Of a DNA stretch of 64,000 nucleotides, positions 46,750 to 58,028 are shown piece after piece (positions within the stretch are counted from its first letter, which is position 1; the number at the start of each line of letters is the position of its first letter). Source of the DNA: Amoebophrya sp. A120. Taxonomy: Eukaryota; Protista; Dinoflagellata. The notes beneath the pieces are model-generated. The model had not been told where the DNA came from, did not search any database, and saw only the letters and a program-made list of their open reading frames with translations. The stretch lies in contig CAJINV010000011.1 in the NCBI GenBank assembly GCA_905178155.1, positions 2,867,783 through 2,931,782 on the forward strand, given 5' to 3'. Both the position numbers and the translations under genes were made by a program.

Positions 46750-48560
46750 CATCGTCGTTCGACATGGATATGCAGGTGGAATCTATAGAAGCCAGAGATC
46801 GTGGAAACAATGCTCAAAAATGTTCATCCGGAATTCGATCTGTTTCTGAGGACAAAAATCCAAATCCCCTATGATACAGAATATGACAACGAAAATGATT
46901 TTAGGTTTATTATGATCACGCTTGCAGCTCGAGCAAAAGTCAGAGTACGCCTCTATCGAAACGTCGAAATGTGAATGCTGGCGTTCCCTACAAGTACAAT
47001 AACAATTACAATAAAACAAGCACGTGCATTATCATGAAAACGTCACTCCATGAAGCACGACTCAAAGGACCACGAAACAAGATGATGACTTAGTCTACTA
47101 CATACTCGCGTTTTATTTCGCGGCGGTCACCAGGGGCTGTTCCTATTGTCCTTAGAGTTACGGTTGCGTCTGAAAGTTTAAATAAAAAATACAAGAAAGG
47201 CAGAAGCAGAATTATCCGTGAAATTATATCGTTGATGATCATGGTGCAATATATGTCATGTGCAACTGCAACTTCTGCGTGAGCTACAATAAATTAGTTA
47301 GACCACCTCTATCCAAGGGAAAGGAGTTCGATCGCCTGGGGACTCAAAACCCTGGAAATAGTCATGGAGAAACCACAAGAATAGTTGTACGGTGGGGAGG
47401 ATATTATATCATGTACTTTTCATCTGTTCCACAAGGAGGTACTAGATGTACCGATATTTTTCAAATAACCGACTCAGAAACAAAATAGACAGTGATGTAG
47501 GATGTACCCTGATCGAGGATGTAGTAAGTTAGTACGCGCATTTAAACCGTTCAGCATCTGACAGACCGACATGGTACAACTGTAAAATGCGATTGCAAAG
47601 CTGTTCTTGTTGAGTGTGCATGAGAGTTCTTGTCTGTTGACTGGTGAGATATTAATTTTCCACGAGTGTCTAACCGACTGGCACGTGGAGAGATCTGCGT
47701 GAGCTGCTGGGGTAACCACCCAGTTTTCGTAATCGTGAGGCTTTGAATGAGAATGGTTTAGAGCGATTGAAACCGGTCGAGCGAGCCCGACGAAAGAGCG
47801 AACCCACGGACGAGTCGTGCATGTGCCACGAAGTTAGACATGATTCGTTCCTCAAGGAAAACCACGGCGTTCGAATTTTTGTAACGGTCTTCAACTTCAT
47901 CGTGATGTCAGATATTCAAAAATGCAAAACGTTTTTTTTTTATCAGAAGCGTTCCTAGTTGTCCGTTTTGTTCTCCTCTGCCGTCTATGTATGAGATATC
48001 GATATGTCGGTTCTAGTTGCAACATCAGTTGCGTGTATGAACATACCTCGAGTCTTGTTGTGCAGGAGACGAGCAGATGAAGATCGATATTCTGGAAATT
48101 TCAATATACGAATAAAAGGGAAACAAACTTTTAATTCGAAGTGCGGTTAAAAATGTATAGAAATGTTGAAGAAAACGATTCGGCGGGAAAGATGGAGTTA
48201 AAGTTGGATACATCTCGTTGCGTCTCATGAAATGGAGTGCTAGTACGTCTCGATAATTTTATGATATGCAAATGTGAACAAGAAAAACTACGGAAAAAAA
48301 TACTTACTGTGGTTAAAATAATGTACAAGCAAGAGCAGACACCACCTCTGAATACTCTGCTGACGTCGAAATCGAAAATAAGAAAAAGTCAGAAACGCAA
48401 AGAAATGAACGAGCGAAACAAATTTCAATTTTCAATCAACAACATGAATACTTAACATGGAGAAAAAACATCGTCAGTTGCAGCGCGACGTCGTTGTAAT
48501 ACGCTGGTCCACATCTCTCGAGTTCATCCGCGGCGTCACCTCACACCAGCAGAGAGACGG

Positions 48561-48721
48561 TATTCTCTGCAAAAGTATCGTACTCGTCGTATAAATAAGT
48601 ATACAAATTTTCTCAGCATGAGAACTGGATTTTATCATGTTGTAATAACAATAAGGACAAGATTTGTCATGCATAGTCAAAATCAGAAGTACGAGTACGA
48701 TACTAACTTGTGCAGTGCATA
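48561..48721. mobile_element. Introner element, family A, downstream of the apparent stop codon
   Basis: tattctctgcaaaagtatcgtactc...gagtacgatactaacttgtgcagtgcata; TSD gacgg/gacag. Confidence 0.85.
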
Positions 48722-48892
48722 GACAGCTAAAGATGGTAAGTAATGTTCGTGCGAGAAGATGTCGCACAAGATGAACGCTGATCGCGATTTCATTGAGACT
48801 CTCCTCCAGTCATGAACATGATCTCGGTTGCACCTGCCTTGGCTGCGGTCGTCCTGCGCTCCAGCATGGTCACAGCTCCCATTTCCCCCCTG

Positions 48893-51800
48893 CTAACCAA
48901 AAATACTCCAGTCCCAGTCCCACGGCATCCGCATCCCCGACCGAGCTCCCGAGCTCTCGTCATCAGAGCCCTCTTCTCCATCAGAGCTCTTTCCACCATC
49001 GTCGCCTTTTTTTCCAGCTGCACTGCCGGTCTGCACGACCTCGACTGGCACTTCCACCCCGCTGGGCGTAGCCTCGACCCCTTGGCCCGCCATCCCTCGC
49101 TCGGCCTGCTTCGCTTCAGCCTGCGGTGGGGAATAGTGCCCAGCCCCGAAAGGCAGCCCGCCGGGGTATCTTGGAGGTGGTTGATTCATCGCAGTTGGAG
49201 GCAAACCCGGTTGTGCAGCGCCGGTCGCAGGCGGCGGAACAGGCGATGGCATCATACCCGGCCCAGAAGTTTTGAAAGGATCGAAACCTCGAAGGCCTCC
49301 TGGAAAGCCTCCGCCCGGACCTGCACCAGGCGAACCGGCCATGGGCATTCCTGTCGCCAGCGGCATCATCGGGCTCACCAGATGCTGGCCCGACGGCCGC
49401 GGTGGCGCCAAAACCGGCGGCGGCCCACTCAGGCTTCCAGGAGAACCCGGGGGGGGCATCGCCATCGACGCTCCCGGTGATTGAAAGGCCCCCGGAGCAG
49501 ATCTTGCCGGCACCAGTACGGGCGGAATGGCGGCCCCAGGTGCAGTCATAGACCCGGTAGGATGACCAGATCCGACAAAATGAACCGGTTGAGCCATCGA
49601 GGAACCTCCAAGAAGAGGTGGAGTTGCAGCGATGGGTGCTGCGGCAGGAGCCGATACAACAGGTGAAGGAATCGTTGCTGCCGCCGGCGGTCCGGAGGCA
49701 AGAATCGCACTTCCGCTTCCCGGGGGCCCCATTGCAGCTATCGTCGGCGCTAGTGGGGGCTGTGGGAGGGCTGGCGAAATTGGCTGCGCCGCTAGTTGCG
49801 GCAGTATCGGATACTGATGCGCAGCAGCGCCTGGAAAACCGGAACCGGAAGCGCTCCAGCTTGCACCGGCAGGCATGGTACTGGTGGGGGCGGCCGGCAG
49901 CAGGGGACTAGCAGCCGGAGCTCCTCCGAAACCAGGCACCGGTGGGACAGCCGACGCAACCGTACCGGGTACGACAACGTCGGGCGGTCGTACGAGTCCG
50001 GGTGCAGAAGGTAGTACGGCGGCGGCTGACGGAGAAGAACCGGCTCCGCCAGGAATCATGCCGGTAATCATCGTGGCGGCGGGCGCGCCCAGGGCTGATA
50101 GTGCGGGAGGTGGTGGCGGTATTCCAGCAACAATCGAGGCAAGCGGAGTGGTCCCGGCAGCAGTCCCAACTGGAGGAGGCATGCCAGCGGCAGGACCAGC
50201 CGTGGGCGCAGAGAGTGTTGCGGCGGGAGGAAGATGCTGCACGACCGCAGGCGGCCCCGGTTGAGGCAATGGACCTGCCTGAGCCTGCTGGCGCACCAAT
50301 GTCGACGGCTGCTGGCTAGCAACAGAACCATCAATAGCTGCTGCACCGCTCATACTCGCACCAGTTCCCGATGCGAAAGGATTCCCGTCGCCGCCAGGCG
50401 CTGAAGAAGCGACAGAGCCGACCCTGCCCGCGGCTAATAGGGAAGGTGTTTCCGAGTCGGCTAGAAGAGTGCCTGCTGCCACAGCCGCTGGAGCAGTCGC
50501 GGCCGGAGGCGGAGGAGGACCACCGTCGGCAGACAAGGTCTGCGGTTGCCGCAGCATGCTGCGCCGCGCAGCATGTGCAACTGGCGGCGTCGCAGCAGGA
50601 GCTACGCCACTAGTCACACCAGGACCCGCACCCGGCCCTCTACCGCCCCATGAAGTACCCGAAGCGGCGGGAGCAGCAGCAGAAGTAGTGGTCAGCCCAT
50701 GCCAGAAAGGATGCCCCAAACCTTCTCGTTGTTTTTGGGTTGGTCGCAGGTCTTGGTATTTCAACCCATGTGTCCTCGTGTGGCGTTTCGCAGGTGCTTC
50801 TTCTGGTGTAACTACACGAGTGGCGTGAAGATGATCGCGAGACGGCGCCGAAGTGGCAGGGACAGCCGAAGCCGCATCAGCGGGAACAGCCGCAGAAGCG
50901 GAAACACCTGCGGGACCGGCGCCTGCGGCACTCGGGGGGGCGGCGGAACTGGAGACACTTCTCGTGGACGCAGGCGAAAGAGGAGGCGCCAAACTCCCGG
51001 GACGCCCGCCGCCAAATGCTGTGGCGAACGTCACTGCTTTCCGAACGCGATCCCGGAACGGCGCGCGTGGTTCTGCTGCAACCACTTGTGTCGCCGGGAG
51101 CAGTTGAGCAGTCGCTCCACCACTGCCCGCGGAAAGCGCAACTCCTCCATCAAGACCAGCAGCACGATCGGCGTCGTGCCGTACCGCTTCGAACCGACGG
51201 GCCCAGCCCTCCGCCCGTGCACCAGCTGCAGTTCGAGAACCACCACTAGGAACCGACCCGGTCAGAGAAGCTTCACCCCCAACAGCACCGAGAGCCCCAC
51301 TCATGACACGTCCTGGAGCTGCTCGTCGTAATGCCTCATCTAATATCGTTGAGCAAAACGGCCCGTATCCTGTGCGCAAAAGCGACATAGAGTCGGAAAT
51401 TGATACTGTTTACTGATGAACCTGCCTATAACAGTATGTCGCCAGTGGCACACGCACGACCCTAATTCCAGGCGAATCAATTTTTTGTTGGATGGCCATG
51501 AAACGGCTACACTGACTACACTTTGACTTCCAGCTTCCTTCATTTTATAGCTAGGTAGCGTTTTCGCTTTTTTGACTTCCAAAAAGTGCGGATTTAGCGG
51601 TAGTGCTCGCGCTGCACCGTCAAAAGTGCGGAACTTGCGCGGCAGGGCCTACCATCTTGAAATGAAACTAAAACCGGAACGATGCAATGGATGTCTTGCT
51701 TCATTTGTTATCATCATTCCTACTTTTGCAACACGATGCGTTACGGACCGTTATGGGCATACCATTTGGAAATGTTTCCCGCGGCGGTGAAAGAGAACCG

Positions 51801-53235
51801 AGAGCGGTCGCGAACTGTGCTCCAGTTGTTGAAGCTGCGAGTGCTGGAGGTGGTTGTCGGGCCGCAGCCAGTCCGCCACCACCGTCTCCGGCTGAACTCG
51901 ACGTCAGCGTGATCAGTGGCGCTGGCGTCAGAGGGGCTTGCATGGGCGGGGGCAGCGGCGGAGGCTCTTCCAGCTCGTCGGTACGTGCTGGTGGAGGTTG
52001 GAACAATCCAAAAGCAGCATGAGCAGTTTCAGAGGACCCGAGTGACAGTGCGTGTCGTCCACCGGCGAGTGATCCACCTCCTCCACCTGCAGGCAGTTGT
52101 TGCCGTCCCAGCGGAGGCGGAGCAGCGTGAAGATCAGCTTGTTGCTGCGCCTGCGCTTGCGCTTGCGCTTGCGCTTGCGCCTGCAGCCCCGCCGCGTGCC
52201 AACCTCCACGATCTTCGGCACGCGGCGGAGCGTCGACCTGCGGATGCGGCACATCCTTGATCACAAGATTCAGTTGCGACGGCTGCACGGGAGGTTCTTG
52301 CGGAACTTCCACCTCCTCCTCGACAGGAGGGGGCGTGGTCTTTTTGCTTTTTCCCGTCAGGCCGCACCAGAAACAAGAGCCATCCCGCCGCTGCAAAAAT
52401 CCCGGCGAGGACGGCGGCGTAGAGACAACCTCGGCTGCGTGGTCTTCTTGTTTTTCCGCATCTTCTGGCTCTCCTCCGCCAGCAGCGCCGGACAGGGTTT
52501 TCGTTGCGCTGGTGCTGCCGTCGGCGACAGGGACAAGAACGGGATTTTGTCCGCCTGCACCCCCGCCGCGAAGACCCTGCTGCTGCACCGCCGCCACGTC
52601 CGCTGGTGCACTCTGCTCCTGCTGCAGAAACGCGGTGTCTTGGTCCACCACAACGTGCAGATCTTCCCGCTGGGTCGCGCTCCTGACATGGTCGTTCACC
52701 CGAGGACCTCCAGCGGCATCTTCATCTTCTGGCCCAGCAGAACTGCCGGACGTGGAAGCCCGCGCTGCGTCGCTGCTGCTCATGCTCGTGATTATTGGGT
52801 TCGCGCTCGTGTTGTCAGACGCGGTTTCAGGCGCAGGTGGTGTCGTCCAGCCCCAGGGTGCGAGGATTCGACCAAGCAAGGACAGTTGTTCCGCATCGGA
52901 TTGTATGCATTGCAAAAGTATCGCATTCCCATTCGTACTAACTTGCTAGTGAAAATAGCATTACAAATTTTTCCAGAATGCAAACTGGGATTTGTGAAGC
53001 CAAATTAGTTAAGTAACGAGACCTGTCATGCTGTGTGTAGTACTGCAATTAATACGAGTACGATACTTTTGCAATGCATAGATGGGTCTTTGTCGTGCCG
53101 AACCGCAGCGACGAGGTTTGTTGTTCCCGAGATTACAAGATGGTGCCCACCGCCCAGGAAAACCACCTGCAAAACCGCCCATTTTTGCAATCGCCCAGGT
53201 CCTCGGGGAGGAATTGAATTTGTTGAAAATGCCAT
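48893..53235 (-). CDS. Large Pro/Ala/Gly-rich low-complexity protein, three exons
   Basis: ORFs 53026-53235, 51701-52915 and 48893-51388 join in frame (HDKDP-SDAEQL; RETFP-xxALRRAAPG) on removal of two TIR elements. Confidence 0.7.
51341..51761. mobile_element. Degenerate introner-like element (421 bp)
   Basis: Imperfect TIR aacggcccgta..tgtgcgcaaaag / cttttgcaacac..tacggaccgtt; TSD tcatc/ccatt; element plus 5 bp = 426 nt keeps the frame. Confidence 0.6.
52904..53080. mobile_element. Introner element, family A, symmetric ends
   Basis: Perfect 20-bp TIR TATGCATTGCAAAAGTATCG at both ends; TSD gattg/gatgg. Confidence 0.92.
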
Positions 53236-55240
53236 TTTTGGTTTAAAAATTTCGTTTTCGTGTTTGATTTTAGTAGTGGTTCAGGTTCGTTTACAGAAAT
53301 TACAGACGACTACGACGTCGATGTTGTCCTTGGATAAAATTATATCGAGGTGAGATGGATGAGCTTGCGTTTGGTACCCACTCGAGTGAGAAGCCGAAAC
53401 ACCAACACGGATTTTGATTTGATTTGTTTCGAACGAAGCGGTCTGTCGGTAATTCTTTTATTTGCGCAAAGAAGTAGTTGATGGTGAAAGATCAGCCACT
53501 AGCCTCGACAAGAAAGATGATGAAAACAAGATTTCACAAATTTAGATAATCTTGGGTGAGGAAAATAAGATGAACGTGAGATAACGATAAGATGAAAGAC
53601 GGTGGTCTTGGGATGAAAACTTTGAAGACCTGACAGCATGTTAGGTAGTTGATGCGGAAGTAGATCATGAAGTCATTGTTTCTTGGGCAACCGACTACGA
53701 AGACGAACCAAACAGATGCATGGTATTCATCACTGCAGCTGCACCTCAACCGAAGCAACGACTGGCAAAACTTGACCACCAGTACCGACCAGTTCGTATG
53801 TCAACGTCATCGGCGCAAGTTTTCTAGAGGATGAGGACGTCGACCGATTCATCACATAATTGACTACCAGGCGTTGGCCGCTGCGCCTGAGCTTCGCCAA
53901 CTCGACTACCGAAGAATAAAAGCAAGGCGGATGATCGGACGAAATGCATATGCAGGGCTCACAAATAGACAACTAAACGTCGCAAGTCAAAAATATGGCG
54001 AGCACCGAAGAAAGGGATGAAACGTGGTTTGTTACGAAAAGCAATACTTGAGAAGACCGAGGGCGCTGCGGCAAACAAAGCTCAACTTGAACTTCTAATT
54101 CTATACAACCGATCCAACAAATACAAAATAAACTCAACTCCACACCGATCCGCCAAACCATTTTGTGATTGGCATTTCTTCATCCGGTACTTCCAGAAGT
54201 GGGTTGATCCTGACAGTTTTACCGAGAAAGCGATGCAGCTACGAAAAAGGAGCTTCTGGAGGCTTGGCAACGCAGCTAGCTGTAGTTTTGTGAAGTTGTA
54301 AAATTACCTCGTCTGCTAGTATGCTAGCGTAGTTTATGACCAGTCTTCAACGATACTATGTTCACGATCATCCAGCGATGATACCAAACAAAGTAAATGG
54401 CAGGCACTCCACCGCGAAAAAGCACTTTACATGACTTACGTATAATTTAGGAAGTGCAGTCATGAACAGGATTAGACTCAGACAGTGACAGTGAAGTGAG
54501 TGGTATAAGCGAACTAAGTAAATCAGTCAATAATTCATGAAAATGTATTGTAAAAAGTAAAGGCAGGAAAATAAAGCATGAAGAAAAATGATGACAATAA
54601 GTGCAACATGTTCACATTTTACTTGGTGCATGTGTAATGGTCAACGTTATTTCGATACTTCGCAATTCTTTTGCGCTTTGCGTTCGATACTTTAACTTTT
54701 GTTCCCGGACGATAGATAATCTTCAAAAAGGTAGAGACGTGCCATCTCCTTGGCTATGCGTACACCCTCGATGTAGTTGGCGTGTCCTACACGTGGACGG
54801 GGTCGATTTGTTCGCGGTCGTTGTCGATGTCATTTTCATCGGTCGCTGCACCACCACACTATCCTGTGTAAAAACCTCCGTATTCCCATTCGTGCCTGCG
54901 GATCCCCATGTGGGTCAGTGCACTAGCTCAACAAGAGACAAGATGAAGATTTCGCGTTCAAGAAGTTTTATTTGCAAAGATTTCGTTCAGCAGGTTTTCA
55001 TATCGCACCTTTTTTATTGCTGCCTGCCGTAGCTTCTTGTGGTCGAATGGAATCAAGTTTGTTCGATTTAAGATCTTCATAAATGCGTGAAGATGGGACA
55101 CCTCGTCCCGAGAGCAGCTAGCTTAAGCTTGCTCGCACGTACGTTGTACAAAAATCATCTTCCAACATATCAACAGTGCTACAGAATTCTAGTACTGAGA
55201 GGAGGAGGAAGAGGACCACTACTAGTACCAGTGCTCGTCT

Positions 55241-56990
55241 TCATGGGAAGCAGGTTTTTACACCGGATATGGTTTCGGTTTCACTTCTGAAAGGCGCATT
55301 CAGGAGGTAGTCCCAGCCGGCGCGAATCGTGTTCGCAGCGGACTGGAGGAAGGCAGACGCGGCCGCCGCGGGGGTAACGCGCACGTCAGGGTCTTGGCCC
55401 GGCGGAAAGTACTGTTGTTCACCCGGTTTCAGTACCTTGTACATCTGGGTCTTCGGGTCCCAGTACTCAACCAGCTTCGCGGCGCCGGCGGGGACCACCA
55501 CGTGCGCGCTTGGCTTGTATAAATTCACTGCGGCCGCCGTTTCCGGGGAGTCCAAAACCTTCTGGGCTTTAGCATCATCCCCACCCACAATGACGTTGTG
55601 CGGAACCACATGCTCCCCCGTCGCTACAGCTGCGGCCGCCCCTGCACGAGGACCCGGTGGATTGCTCCCCGCGGCTTGAACGCCCGGTTTTGGGATCGCG
55701 GATCGTGTGCGGCTGCTCCTGTTGATGTGGATTTTTGTGAGTAGACGCAGAAAACAAGTGATCACATTTGGACGACGCGCTGCTGCGCGACATTCATCTG
55801 CACACCAGGGTCCGAAGAAGGCGGTGTTCTTGAGCACGACAGCTAAGACAGGACACTCAATATCAGCTAGAATGATCATTCATCCGAAATGTTGGGTTGA
55901 AAGAGAGGACGAGGAACTAGTCCCGCAAGAACTCCTACATTGGCAACATTCTCAATAGGAATACTAGCAACAAATACAGAACTAGAAGACATGAAGATAT
56001 GACAGAGGACCTATTAATATAATTCAAAGTTGGAAAACAAGAAAGCCCCGAACATGCTGTACCGTTTTTTGGTGCCCCCGTAGCAGGCGTTGTCGTTGCA
56101 CTCCAGATGGGAAGACGCCTCCAGGTCATCGTTGTCGTCGTTGCTCATCATGTATGCAGTGCAAAAGTATCGTACTAGTATCAATTGCATGACAAATTGA
56201 CTTAGCATTACAAATGAAATTTGTAATGCGGATTTGCATTGGAAACAAGATTTGTAATGCAAGACTTGCATTCGTACGAGTACGATACTTTAGCACGGGA
56301 TATCATGCCATCCTCCACCAGATCCCCCTGCCCGTCAATGTCGACTTCCATCGGAGATGACGTCGCTGGTTCTTCCGCATGTTGGTCTTCAGCAACACGA
56401 GCGTCTTGAAGAAATCCGGTTGTAGCTGCAGCAGAACTTCCACCGTAGTCGTTCTTGCTCCCCGGCGCGACAACATGATCAACCTGTAGCACGGCTTCTT
56501 CATCGTCGTCTTCCGCCGGAGGAGCAGATGTTCCCACAGAAGAACCAGAAGATCCCGCTCGTCCAGTCGCGCTCCTCGACGCCACAACAGCGCCGAAGAT
56601 CCCGTTGTCAATCATGTCGTGGTGGTCGTCGTCCTGGCCATTCACAACATTTTCATGATCCAAGAACGCGAAGTGCGGTTCTTCCAGCTCCTCGCCCGGA
56701 GGACGAGAGTGGTCTTCCGCTGCAGCAGCAGAAGAATCTTCTTGTCCGACGAGATCTTCGGGAACATCAGTGCTGCTGGACGACGAGGCAGTCGTCGGAG
56801 CAAGAACTTCGTGCTGGTGTGCATCGGAGGTGGGGGAGGCCGTGTGGTCTTCGTTTTGTTCCACGTCGTCCGCCGTCACCACGAAGGAGGAAGAAGACGA
56901 GCCAATTCTGGACGCGCCAAATTCCAACGCAGGGTACTGCGCCAGTTGTGCCATAATCCAAGGCAAACAAAGTACACTCATCCGATACAC
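55241..56990 (-). CDS. Hypothetical secreted acidic protein, multi-exon
   Basis: ORF 56208-56990 joins VEDGM-MSNDDNDD...CNDNACYGGTKK after introner removal. It probably continues into the 55241-55879 ORF (junction unresolved). Confidence 0.55.
56153..56302. mobile_element. Introner element, family A, inverted orientation
   Basis: tatgcagtgcaaaagtatcgtac...gtacgatactttagcacgggata; TSD tcatg x2. Confidence 0.92.
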
Positions 56991-57170
56991 TAGCGGACCC
57001 CACGAAAGAAGATCAACAACGTCGGAGTCCGTCGGTCCTCTCGGTGATCTTCAAAACAGACATAGTACGACGTGCAACCGATAATATAAAAGGAAAATTT
57101 CTTCACGGACCTCGTATGCATAGTACGCAAACGCAGAGGCAGATGATGAAGCAGGGAGCTGCAAATAATT

Positions 57171-58028
57171 TCATTCTTTTATCGATCTGCGAATTATTTT
57201 CGTTCTTCTTCTGGGGCGGCCACCAGCAAGGACGATGAATGGCTTTCTTTCCGACATAGCAGGAGTTCGAGTCACAACAGGCTGAGTGGCAGGAGGCGCC
57301 GCAGTTGGCTGCCCCACCTCCGACTGCGTGCCGTAAGGGGCGTACAGACGCACGCCGGGGGCAGAACCGGGAGGAAGGGGGACGTGCTGCAAACCTTGTT
57401 GTGCCATGCGGTGGTCCTGCAACTCGTTGCTCCGCTCCCTGGCCACCTCCTGCCTCAATTTTTTCATCCGCTCCCTCTTCTCCTTCTCCTTCTGCCATGC
57501 CACGTTTTTCCTGTGGGGGAGAGGACAAGAACAAATCACTAAAGGCTGAAGATGAATGAAAAAATAGATAGGAAGTGAAGAAATTATCAACGCAGGAGCA
57601 ATACCCACGTCGGCTCCTATGACCTGCATGTGCCATCCTACAGATACGATACCGAGGAGTGATCGAGTAGGTACATAATACATATCTGTGCTACAACCGG
57701 GCGAGCAAACAAAATATAAATAAAGAACCATACATCACAAAAAGCACTGGATTTTTCAATCAGCATCAGAGCATGAAAAGCGCGAAAATTAAAATTATCC
57801 GCTAGAATCACAGCATCAGACACAATAAAGATATTGAACAGGAAGGTACTCGAGTTCCGCCGCGAGTTTTTTGGTGGCTTTTTCGGCTCCATAACAGTCG
57901 CCGTCGCACTTTTCCCGTTTTTCGAGAAACTTGTGCTCTGCTAACACACCACCTTGCTGTGCAGTCAGCAGCCCGGTCGTGACAACGTAGGCCGCGGCAC
58001 TTTTCTGGACGCGACGAGAAAGTACCAT
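57171..58028 (-). CDS. Small hypothetical multi-exon protein
   Basis: MVLSRRVQKSAAAYVVTTGLL...CDGDCYGAEK exon and downstream NVAWQKEKEKRERMKKLRQE exon; junctions unresolved. Confidence 0.45.

Noticed and set aside
52147-52182. (gcgctt)n microsatellite
   Set aside because: An ordinary coding repeat (QAQAQA) in a low-complexity protein.
4335-56302. Recurring peptides in the ORF track (YALQKYRT, FQTQTYLQCI, STILLQ) as a repeated protein domain
   Set aside because: They are translations of introner TIRs, not protein.
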